Origin: Marsupella aquatica
Taxonomy: Eukaryota > Plantae > Marchantiophyta
Assembly: GCA_973895155.1 (NCBI GenBank)
Contig: OZ316898.1
Span: 2,852,480-2,916,479, forward strand
Direction of reading: 5' to 3'
Length of the DNA: 64,000 bases
Part shown: positions 37,863 through 49,032 of the stretch, in pieces
How the letters are laid out: each line of letters starts with the position of its first letter
Numbering within the stretch: position 1 is the stretch's first letter
Position numbers and translations under genes: made by a program
The notes under the pieces: generated by a model
Told to the model about the DNA's origin: nothing
Databases searched by the model: none
The model's input: only the letters and a program-made list of their open reading frames with translations

Positions 37863-39200
37863 GCTGTCCGGGTGACCGTGTTTTCTTGTAAGAGCATGTT
37901 GGCTCTTATGAAGTCAACCTTGCATGCCCATAAATTTTACACTAAAACCAAAATGATAACTTTTGTAAGAAGGGTAGTGGGTATTAAGAAAGGTTTAGGT
38001 GAAACTAATATACTATTAAATCATACTTCACCATACTTGCGGATCAACACATCTCGGAAAGTAATTTTTCTGTGACATACGATCCTAATATCTCCAAGAG
38101 AAAATGAAATAAGAATGTCATTTGGACTCCTATTTAGATCCATGACTTCAATAAAGGACAAAGATAATGCACTCTCACTCTTCTCGGTAAGACAGTACTG
38201 AATATACTATTGGCTCATTAGAACTCATAATAGCAGTTGCAAATTGAGCTCCAAAGTGATAAGTTAAATGTTGCCTCATGGATGGCTTGTCTAAAAGATG
38301 GACTCTAACCAAAAATGAGTTACGAAGGGGAAGATTAGGGATACCTTTCCCTCCAAGATTCATACTGACTCTCTTGTTCCTTTGCTATCCGGGCCAAAGG
38401 ATGCCTCACCCCTAAATTCCCAAAGACATCTTGTTTCCTAAGGTCCCATCTATAAATCTACCACTCATTCCTTTACTATCTGAGCCAAATAATGACTCAC
38501 TACTATGTACATAAGGCAAAGAATAGAAGAGAAAGATGAGAGAAGAAAAGAGGATAGCTTGAACGACACAAAAATTATCAAAATGTGGGAATGGGGAGAG
38601 AGTGCCCCTCACCATTTTATTTATATTGAATCCAAGAGGACATGGATTACGCCCAAATGTTTGGATGAAAGCCAAGTGACACACATCCAACGTAGAAATG
38701 TGTGCTAGTACTATTATAATTAAAAAAAATGAGGCATGCAAGTAAAACGAATAATGCATACACCTATAATAATTTGTGCATCCATGCACCTTGTGGCTTG
38801 CATATTTGCTTACCTTGTATGCGCATAAAACAACTAATGCATGCGCATTAAATAATTTATGCATACACCTTCTGGCTTGCACATTTGCTCACCTTGCATG
38901 CGCATAAAACAATTAATGTATGCAAATAAAATAATTTGCATGCATCTAAAACAATTTGTGCATGCACCTTGTGGCTTGCACATTTGTTCACCTTGCATGC
39001 ATATAAAACAAAGTCTAATGCATGCAAATAAAATAATTTGTGCATGCATCTTGTGGTTTGCATAGTTGCTTACCTTGCATGTACATAAATAATAGTCAAA
39101 CTATTTAGTTACGCCGTAATAAAATATAAACCTAACCTATATATTAAATAATATACTTAGTGATAATGATTTCATCATGAATAATTGAATTATCACGATA
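37863..39200. mobile_element. Insertion of about 1.3 kb in the leader of element 1, carrying a CATGCA-rich tandem array at about 38730-39090
   Basis: Its flanks (gttagcaac and atggtgcactgatc) are contiguous in element 2 at about 47711-47735. The array has four units of about 80-100 bp containing caccttgtggcttgca. Confidence 0.7.
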
Positions 39201-39459
39201 ACATGGTGCACTGATCAAACTGCAATTCCAAAGACAGGTTGTACTTGGCATTTTGGTTATTCCTTGAGGTGGTCAAAACGAGGGAGTTTCCCAAGGTTTT
39301 ACCCATCTCGACCAAAATTTGAATAAATTTTTCATCAAATTTTGATTTTGATTTTGGTTTTTAGTGTTGAGCTCCTAGCTTCATGGGCTACGCAACGGTG
39401 TTTAGTTTTGAGTTTTTTGAGAAGTTGTGAAAAATAATATTTTTTCGTGTTTTTCTCAT

Positions 39460-42400
39460 ATGAGTGATTCAAAGGAGATTTTTAAAGACGTGGAACTTGA
39501 AGCACAAGGATCACCATGACAGTTTGAGGTGGAGAAAGAGGAGCAAGAGGAAGAGCACGTGACACCGGTACCATCACCGGTGCGACATGTGATGGAGGAA
39601 GCAGTTCTACTATTGAAGCTCACGGTAGTGCCAAAGAAGAAGATGGGTACGTTCAAGCTTGGGGGACCCAAGTATGAAGTGACAAAGTATGATGGGCACT
39701 CTGACTACTTACTCTAGGAGAAGCAGGTGAAGGGAGTGCTCTATGCTTCAGGGATGGGCCAACTGCTGAGCCATTGTGAAGACGATGTTGATGAGAAATA
39801 ATGAGACTGCATGTAGGAGCAGGGAGTGTGGTGTGCTACACTCTATCTCTTGCCTCCCATCATCAAGCAGTTGGGTGCACATATGGATTGCATGTCCTTG
39901 TTTGCAAAATTGCAGAGCAAGTATCACCACAAGGAGCTATCAAACCGGCTCTACATTTCCTACAAACTGATGAGTTTCAGGATGAAGGAAACCGATACAA
40001 AGTTGCAGGACCATGTGGATGCTTTCAACAACATGGTCGTTGACTTGGAAAACGTTGGGGAGACTTTGACTGATGAGACGAAGACTCTACAGCTTCTCAG
40101 TTCATTGCCTCCAACTTACCAGTCCTTATCACGAGTGTTGTTGCATCGTGATAGGAATACCATCTCATACAATGAGGTGGTGAGTTCTTTGCTAACTGAT
40201 GATCTTCAAGAGAAGATGCACAGCACGTCACAGCCTTCATCATTTGGTGCTTCTCTCAATGTTAACCGTGGGAGGAATATGCGATGACCAACTGGGGGGA
40301 CCGTAGAACCCAGTTTAGATCTAAATCCAGATCTAAGTCCAGGGGCAAATCCCCTGAGAGAAGACAGGTGACATATTGGAAGTGCAACAAGGTCGGACAC
40401 TTCAAGCGAGACTATAAGGGAAAGACAGCTGAATCTTCATCGGCAAATGTGGCTAGGGCTGATAGAGATGCTGATTTACTCAATGATGATTATGTATTAT
40501 GAAGCCAGGGGTATGCTCTGTGCACATCATTTAGGAGAGCAGATGATGTGTGGATTCTTGATTGTGCTTGCTCTTTTCACATTTGTTACATTCGTGAGTT
40601 TTTCAGTTCTTACTCTAATATTTCAAACGGTTCAGTTCTGATGGGAAATGATCACTTCTGTCAAATTGAGAGTATTGGGTCTGTGAAGATTCAAATGTTT
40701 GATGGTGCTGTGCGCACAGTGTTTGGAGTTAGGTATATACCTAGCATGCGTAAAAATTTGATTTCACTCAATGTGTTGGATTCAAATGATTATCAAATTA
40801 ACGTTATTGATGGTGAACTTCAAGTCAGGTCGGGAGAGACAATGATTTTGAAGGAGAGCAGAGAGAAAAATTTGTATGTGTTACAAGGCAATACTGTATG
40901 TGGGGAGGCCAATATAACCAAGTCTCACGAGGAGATGACTCAACTATGGCATTCACGGCTAGGCCACATGAGTGAGAAGGGTTTGGCTATCTTACGGAAG
41001 AATGGACTCATTTTTTATTTGCAATCTTATAAATTATAGTTTTGTGAGCATTACATTCTTGGAAAGCAGTATCGTCGTGCTTTTGGTGTTGGAACTCATC
41101 GTTCCAAGGTGGTTCTGGAGTACATATATAGTGACTTGTGGGGTCCATCCTTGACTCCCTCAGACTCTAGAAAGTTGTACTATGTATCATTTATTGACGA
41201 TTACTTAAGATTTGTGTGGATTTATTTCATGATGAATAAGTCTGATATCTTGTCCATTTTTAAGAAGTGGAAGGCTCAGGTGGAGAATCAGACTAGAAAC
41301 ACGGTCAAGTGTTTGGATACAAGGGTGAAGAGTCTGAGGTCAGACAATGGCAGGGAATACACTTCAATGGAATTTAAAGTGTACTGTTCAGAACAGGGGA
41401 TAACTCACTATCTCACCATAGTTTATACTCCATAGCAGAATGGTATCGCTAAGAGGCTCAATCGGACACTGTTGGAGCGGTCACGGAGTATGTTGAGCCA
41501 ATCAGGTTTACCATAGGAATTTTGGGTAGAAGCTATCAATACCGCAACTTATTTGGTAAATCTTTCTCCTTCTAGTGCTATCCTCAGGTGCTATCAATTT
41601 CAAAATGCCGTTTGAGATGCGCTATAAGCGGCAAGTAGACTATCATGGCTTGGTAGTTTTTGGAAGTTATGCATATGCTCTCACACCGAAGCATAATAGG
41701 ACCAAGTTGGATCCTACCTCCAAGAAATGTGTTTTTCTTGGGTACCAGAGTGGTGTGAAAGCCTATAGGCTATGAGATCCTATTGCCTGTAAGTTTGTTG
41801 TTAGTAGGGATGTTTCCTTCAATGAATCCAGATTATTGAAGGAGGGGGAGAATACTCATGCAGATCTCCCGTAGTGACAAAGGAAAATCTTCTATTCTGG
41901 ATCTCGTTGAGGGGGAGATTGATCATGAGGTGCATGACCGAGAGAAGGAGTTGCTCCAATTATGGAGTTGGTTCCTGTGCCAGAGGAACCGGAGGAGTTT
42001 GTTGATGCTGGTGAGTAGCAAATGGATGCTGTTGAGCTTCAGATTGTACCAGCACATGTAGACGGGCACGTAAATCAATCGAAGTCATCGGCTAGAAGAA
42101 CATCTGGTCGCACTGTACGCGCTCCACCAAGGTATGGACAGTGGGTTGATTCATCTCAGTTGCAAGAGGAGGATTTTGTTACTGATGATGAGGGTGATGT
42201 GTTGATTTTGGAAGAAGGGGAACCTTCTTCATTTTTAAGAAGCAAGTACTTCTAAGGAGAAGGAGGAGTGGACTACAACAATGCAAACGAAGATGCAATC
42301 ACTAAAGGACAACAAAACTTGGGAGCTTGTCAAGCTGCCTGAGGGACAACAAGTGGTGGATAGCAAGTGGATATACAAGTTGAAGGATCAATCCACGGGA

Positions 42401-43791
42401 GGTGGATCAAAGGTCTACAAGGCTAGGTTGGTAGTCAAGGGATTCACACAGAAAAAATGTGTGAATTACAATGAGGTCTTCTCACCAGTTGCTAAGTACT
42501 CGACAATACGGCTATTGTCTGTGCTTGTTGTAATGTTTGGTTTGTTGCTAGATCAGATAGATGTTGTCACAACTTTTCTCTATGGCACCTTGGAAGATGT
42601 GATCTTCATGAGATAGCCACTAGGTTTTGTGAAGAGAGGGCAAGAGGATTTGGTTTGCAGATTGTTGAGATCCTTATATGGGTTGAAGCAATCACCAAGA
42701 TAGTGGAATAAATGGTTTGATGATTGGATTCGTGCACAAGGCTTTACAGGAGTGTGTTTGACCCATGTGTGTATCTTAACCTGGTGAAGAATGTTGTCTT
42801 TGGGTTCATTATTTTAGTACTTTATGTGGATGACATGCTTATTGCGGCCAAGGATAGGTCTAAGATTGTTAAGCTCAAGGCATTGCTTAATGTAGAGTTT
42901 AAGATGAAGGACTTAGGTCCAGCTAAGAGAATTTTGGGTATGGAGATCACTAGGGACTTGGAGGCTGGCAAGCCATGGTTGATGCAGAGCAGTTATGCAA
43001 GAAAGGTAATTGCAAGGTTCAACATGGGGGATAGCAAGTCAATAAATACCCCATTGGCTCCACATTTCATGTTGTCATCAGCTTTTTGTCCTACAGATGA
43101 GATAGAGAAGGGGCTGATGTCAAAGTTCCTTATGACAAGGCAGTGGGGAGTCTCATGTATTTGATGACTTGCACTAAACCTGATCTTGCCATGGCTATGG
43201 GCAAGGTGAGCAAGTACATGTCGAATCCAGGGAAGGTACATTGGGAAGCAGTGAAGTGGATTATTCTGTACTTGAAGGGTACCGTGGATCATGGTCTATT
43301 GTTTGATACACATGCTGATAATGCAAGATCATTGATGGGCTATGTAGATGCTGACTATGCACAAGATCTGGATCAGAGAAGGTCAACAACAGGTTATGTG
43401 TTCACACTTGGCGGTGGATGCATAAGTTGGAGGTCTACTACTGAAGCGAAGTACGTTGCAACAGCGAAAGCAACCAAGGAAGCTATTTGGTACGTTGGAT
43501 AGACTGATCATTGAGATGAGATTGCCACAAGGGAATGTGAAGCTCCATTGTGATAGTCAGAGTGCGCTCCACCTTGTTGTGAACCAGGTGATGGACAACA
43601 AAGTGAAGGACATCGACGTCAGGTACCATTTCATCAGGCAAACTATGTCTGATAATATGTTTGAGCTAGTCAAGATTGATGGTAAACTCAACCCGACTAA
43701 CGCTTTTACCAAAGTGATTCATTTGGAGAGTTTTTCTAGACCCGTGATGCGTTGCAGGTTTTGCAATTGCCTCACAAGTAGGGTTACTTAA
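39460..43791 (+). pseudogene. Disrupted gag-pol of copia element 1
   Basis: Fragments include PKYEVTKYDG, a degenerate zinc knuckle, WILDCA protease, WHSRLGHMS, the integrase core LRSDNGREY, YVDD RT and RNase H KDIDVRYHFIR. Confidence 0.92.
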
Positions 43792-43972
43792 CATTTGTGT
43801 AGATACTGAGATATGCTCTTGCTCATTCCTTGTATAGGCTACAGCTTAGTTCTGGTCTACTCTCGTATAAAGAGGAAAAAACCGATTTGGTTTTTCTTTC
43901 CAGAACTTCCCGGTGAGCAATCATATTGGTCGTAGTCTTTACCCTCCCCTAGACCAGAGTCAAGGGGGAGAT

Positions 43973-44290
43973 TGTTAGGATTTACTCTTAGGTCTAGAGT
44001 TACGACTATACTAGAGTTAAGGCTAACCTTAGTCGCAGACTTGGTTAGGTTGTCATGTTGTGCACACTCTATAACCAAACGGTGTTTGCTTGGAGAATGG
44101 GAACTAAGGCTCATTGTTATGGAGCTAGTTGAGAGATAGAGAGAGCTTGCGCTGTGGATGCTTGGTATGGACGTTCGGCCTAGAGTGCAATAAAGCTCAT
44201 GTGGAGGTGAACCACGTATCTCTGTGTGTCGAGTCTTGTGCGTTGAATGGTTCATGGGCTTGCCGTTGCGATTGTCGTCTATGCTCAACA
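43973..44290 (+). repeat. 3' LTR of copia element 1 (26-bp internal deletion)
   Basis: Direct repeat of the 5' LTR; the deletion lies between ctcat microhomologies. Confidence 0.95.
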
Positions 44291-44325
44291 ATTTTTCCTT
44301 CCTTATATGAAACGGGTATAATCAC

Positions 44326-44613
44326 CGTGCCAGGAAACAAGAAAAAGGAAACAACAAACAACAAACAGTAAACAACAAATGTATGAGAATTTTTTTGGAA
44401 TTTTTTTGGAATTTTGTTTGTTTGTATTTTTGACATTTTTTTACTAGCTCCCAAAGCTAGTAATAGTAGCGCCTAGCGCTAGCCAAAAATGATCATTTTG
44501 AAAAATATTTTGAAAAATTTGAGTTTTAATGAGACATTTTTCAAATTTCATTTTTGCTCATAACAGTAAAGTTTTGCTCATAACAGGAAATCATTTTCCT
44601 GTTTCCTGGCACG
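44326..44613. mobile_element. Small TIR element (MITE) of about 290 bp
   Basis: TIRs CGTGCCAGGAAACAAGAAAA and TTTTCCTGTTTCCTGGCACG (19/20 match) around an AT-rich interior; TSD unclear. Confidence 0.7.
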
Positions 44614-45418
44614 ATTTAAAGCCTCTATGAAACTTTGACATGCCCTTGGTTCTTTGTGCCACTTGTGGCTTCTTTTGCCTTTGGCCTGCTTGGTCCCCCC
44701 ATACGTGGGGTTCGCGCGGAATAAATGTTGTTTAAGAAAAAAGAATAAAATTTCCACCATAATTCACGAGCTAAGCAAGGGGTCTACAAAAGAATTGTTG
44801 TGCTTGTGTGCTTCCCTATATTGGGTCCACATGGCAAGGCATCTCTGCATGGTGTTCACACTAGTTAGAAGGGAATTCAAGAATGCTCTGAATGAGATAG
44901 CATAGCAGATACTAAAATGAGTGCATAATGGAGTTTACAAAAAAGCTGAAATAAATCCAAACATATACAAACTTCAAACTTAAGTTTAGGATAGCATGCA
45001 ATTTTAGGAGAGTGCTAGGTGCCATCTAAAAGAAAGGTTTTGAAGAGCCTGAAGCCATGAATGTCAAAACTACTCCAAATTTTCAAATGACAGGCCCCCT
45101 TCGGACCTCTTGTTAGTGCCAATTGGGTTCAAGGGGCCCTTCTTATAGAACGCTGGGGTTTTATAAGCTTTCAGTTTTGTATCATAAAGTAGTGGAAACA
45201 ACTAATCTACAAATGACTATAAAATATTGATTGACTAGTCTGCCATGGTTTATACCCATTGCTGACTGACACCGCTTTACATGCTTTAAACTGTTAGGGT
45301 TTAGACTATACCTTGACTGGGCTAACTAGAGTAGGTAAACCGGAGTTAACATTAGTTAACTAGACTTTTCATGAAGAGAATGACAACACTCTTTGTATCC
45401 CATGGAAAAGAAAACTTA

Positions 45419-45834
45419 GAGCATCTCCAACACTGCTCTCTGTTGGGCCCGCAACCGCTACTTTCAGGAGTTTGCCTCAACCTTTTGCGAAACCCTTCCC
45501 CACTGGTATCTCCATCCGATAAATTATCGTAGCGACCGCAATAACTTCAACTTCGCAACCTCCAGTTTCTGTGAGAAAGGCCGTCGACATGCAGTGCCCC
45601 TCCGCTAACCTGCAAATATATCAACGGTGATGAAGCCAACACACAGCAACAACAGACGGAATCCTGACAACCTGCTCGAAAATCTGTCTCGCAAGATTGA
45701 GATGGTGGTTGATTTTAGGTAAGATGGGTGGGGTTCTACAAGCTTTTACATGCAATAGACTTTGGGGAATGCCATCTATGGCCACAAACAAACCCGTTTA
45801 GAGGTTTGCGGCCACTGCTCCCCTGGAGATGCTC
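45419..45834. mobile_element. Tourist-like (PIF/Harbinger) MITE
   Basis: TIRs GAGCATCTCCA and TGGAGATGCTC with a TTA target-site duplication at 45416-45418 and 45835-45837. Confidence 0.88.
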
Positions 45835-45905
45835 TTAGTAGTTGAGAACTTGCATGGAGATAGGTGTGTGAGAGAGAGAGAGAGCTTGGACCATGGAGCT
45901 ATGGA

Positions 45906-46249
45906 TGTTAGATATTGCTCTAGTCTTGTGACTCTTGAGCTAATCACAGTTAGTCTAACTCGGGTTAGGACTTAGCTAATGTTAGCGGTAATGCTATTGT
46001 GCATATAGCCAGGGCTGATGCCAGACCCTGGTGGAACTTAGGCTCATTGTTACGGAGCTAGTTGAGAGATAGGGAGAGCTTGTGTTGTGGATGCTTGGTA
46101 TGGTCGGTCGGCCTAGAGTGCAGTAAAGCTCTTGTGTGTTCCCGTGGACGTAGCCTCATGTGGAGGTGAACCACGTATCTCTCTGTGTCGACTACTGTGC
46201 GTTGGATGGTTCATGGGCTTGCCATTGCGAATGTCGTCTATGCTCAACA
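45906..46249 (+). repeat. 5' LTR of copia element 2
   Basis: TG...CA ends, followed by PBS TGGTATCAGAGC. Confidence 0.96.
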
Positions 46250-47976
46250 AGTGGTATCAGAGCATGCCTGGGAGGTGACGAGGTTTTTTCGTGACAGGTT
46301 TTTCCAGCGTTCATTGTCGGTGGCACATTCGGAGTTTCGTCGCATGAAACTCAAATGTGTGTGGCTGAGCGGATAGGTTAGTGAGAGGGTTTTCTAACGG
46401 TGGTTAGAACTCGTTGATCGGTATCCATGGTGCGGAGGAATTGAAGTTTGCGTCGTTCAGGTTTTATTCGTGTTCGACAGGTTTTCGGGGGAGTGACCAG
46501 AGTTTGCGTTTTTCAACGGTGTGAGTTGTGCGGTGTTCGGGAGATCACACATTATAGCTCAAGTTGAAGGTTGAAGCGAGCTGGTTGTTTCGGTAGCTGG
46601 ATTGCTGCCGAGTTGTTACCGAGTGCGTCGTGACGAGTGAAGGAGGCGTTCAGGTTTTTTCACAAGCTATGGAGCTTGTTCACATCTGAACCGGGTTTCT
46701 CCTCGTGACGTCCGACTCGGTGGAAGAAACACGAAGTGCTACGGCTCAATGGTTTGATCGCGGCGAGGTGGTCGTTTTGAGCCCGGGATTGGCACTTGAC
46801 ACGGAGTGAAGGCGACGCGGCGGGAATTTTTTTTCAGTGCTGGAGTTGGAGACTGTGCCAGTGAAACTTCAAAACTTTTCCCGTCGGCGGCGTTCACTTT
46901 TCTTGTGAGGAACAGCGGCAATTAAAGTGAGTAATTTCCTTTTCATTTTCGGGGGAGTTTTTTGACTTTTAAGGGGGTTTTAGGGGTTAACTTGTGTGTA
47001 TACACACGAGGTGTATACACACGAGGTGTACGAGGTGTATACACACCTCGAGCATGCCCCCGTATACACCCACTGCGTACCCGATTGTTCCCCCCCTCCG
47101 CTTATCGTTAAATTAGGCGTAGCGGCGCCTGACGCAGCGCCGGCCGGCGCTATAAGCGCGACCGAGCGCTCCCCGGCCCGCCCTCGCCCTTCGCCCTAGT
47201 CTCTCCGACTAACCCCTGCCACCGTGCGACCCCCGACTGCCGCTACCCCCGCGGCGCCCTCCCTTCCGGCTTGCGCCCTGCCGGTACCAGCCGCGAATCC
47301 GCCTCCCTCCCTCCCGCGAATTGCCTTAGTACATCGGGGGCCCGTCTCGCCTGTATTCGCCCGGGCGCACTCCGGCCACTCTCGTGAATACCTGTACCTT
47401 GCCTGGCCCGCCTCGGTATGCGCGACGCGGATGCACGTTTTTGAACATATTTGTGCTTAAGGGGCGTTAGCACCCCTTTTAAGGCTATTTTCTTGTCATT
47501 TTGTTGCCGGCTCTTCTATTGGCTACCCCGGGCCCTGTGACCCTCCGTTTTAATCGCTCCAACAGGGGGAACGGCCCCCTATGAGACCTGCTGGACTGTG
47601 CGGAAATATTCCTGAAAAACGGAGAGCTGTTTTTCGGCCGTCCGACAAAGATTCCGTCCACCGAATGATAACTTTTTTGGTTCTTTTTTGGCAAGGACAT
47701 TGCCACTAGAGTTAGCAACGCGGCACACCGATCACATCGCGATTCCGACGACGGGTTATACTTGGTATTTCGGTTATTCTCTGAGGTGGTCAAAACGGGG
47801 GAGTTTCCTAAGGTTTTACCCACCCCGACCGAAATTTGAATAACTTTTCCGTCAAATTTTGATTTTGATTTTGGCTTTCAGTATTGGACTCCTAGCTTCG
47901 TGGGCTACGCGGCGGTGTTGAGTTTTGAGTTTTATGAGAAGTTTCGAAAAAAGACGTTTTTTCGTGATTGTTTCAT

Positions 47977-49032
47977 ATGAGTGACTCGGAGGATACTGGA
48001 AGAATTGGCATTGGTGAAGCTTCAAGATCGCGACGGTCAGATGGAGAGTCTGAGGAGGAGCTGCTACCGTTTGAGGAAGAACTAGTGACACCGGTACTAT
48101 CACCGGTGCGGCATGCAGTGGAGGAAGCTGTACTACTACCAGAGCTGTCGGTAGTAGGGAAGAAGAAGGAGATGGCTAGATTTGGAGGAGTCAAGTTTGA
48201 GGTGGAGAAGTACGATGGTCGTACTGATTACTTGCTCTGGGAGAAGCAAGTGAAGGGTGTTCTTCGGGCCATGGGCTTAGCTCATCTGCTCTCTTCGCGA
48301 GAGCAGTATGATGGAGAAGAGGAGATCTCAGAGAAGCAGTGGAGACAGGAGCAGGTGATTGCTATCAATGCAGTGATGCTTTATCTCAAGCCGCACATCA
48401 TCAAGCAGCTGGATGATTATGCGGATTGCGCGTCACTGTTCAAGGCTCTAAGAGAGAAGTACTACCGGGAAGATGCGTCAGACCGGCTGTACAAGAAGTC
48501 TCTCTTGATGAGCCTCAGGCTCAAGGAAGGGAGCAAGATGCAGGATCACCTGGATGAGTTTGATAGTCTAGCGGTGGATCTGTCAAACCTGGGAAAAGGA
48601 GTTGAAGATGAGGATAAGGCCTTGCTTCTGCTAAGCTCCTTACCGCCGTCATATCAGGGCTTGAAACAGGTGCTCTTGTACAGAGATCTGAAGTCCATTT
48701 CATATAATGAGGTGGTGAGCTCTTTACTGTCTGATGATGCTCAGAAGAAGCTGGGTCAATCACAGACAACATCTTCTTCTGGCACTGCGATGAATGTGAA
48801 CCGTGGGAGAGCAACACAGCGCACGAATGGACAGAATAGGTTTAGATCTACATCACGGGGGAGATCTAAATCCAGAGGGAAATCGCAAGAGAGGAAGCCT
48901 CTTGCATGTTGGAATTGTGGCAAGCCAGGCCACATGAAAAGGGATTGTCGAGTAAAGAACCCTACTGCATCTGCTAACGCGGCATCGAGCTCGCATGAGC
49001 TAGATTTACTTGATGATGATGACATATTGTGA
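47977..49032 (+). CDS. gag: Gag of copia element 2 (intact ORF with CCHC zinc knuckle)
   Basis: VKFEVEKYDG..YLLW (Tnt1-like), LLSSLPPSY and CWNCGKPGHMKRDC. Confidence 0.9.
   Translation: MSDSEDTGRIGIGEASRSRRSDGESEEELLPFEEELVTPVLSPVRHAVEEAVLLPELSVVGKKKEMARFGGVKFEVEKYDGRTDYLLWEKQVKGVLRAMGLAHLLSSREQYDGEEEISEKQWRQEQVIAINAVMLYLKPHIIKQLDDYADCASLFKALREKYYREDASDRLYKKSLLMSLRLKEGSKMQDHLDEFDSLAVDLSNLGKGVEDEDKALLLLSSLPPSYQGLKQVLLYRDLKSISYNEVVSSLLSDDAQKKLGQSQTTSSSGTAMNVNRGRATQRTNGQNRFRSTSRGRSKSRGKSQERKPLACWNCGKPGHMKRDCRVKNPTASANAASSSHELDLLDDDDIL

Larger units (their letters stand above)
36412..44290 (+). mobile_element. Full-length, degenerate Ty1/copia LTR retrotransposon (Tnt1/Tork-like), element 1
   Basis: LTRs 36412-36756 and 43973-44290 (TG...CA); PBS TGGTATCAGAGC at 36759-36770; PPT aagggggag before the 3' LTR; TSD GTTTT/ATTTT. 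Domain order is gag-PR-INT-RT(YVDD)-RH, with many stops and frameshifts. Confidence 0.96.
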
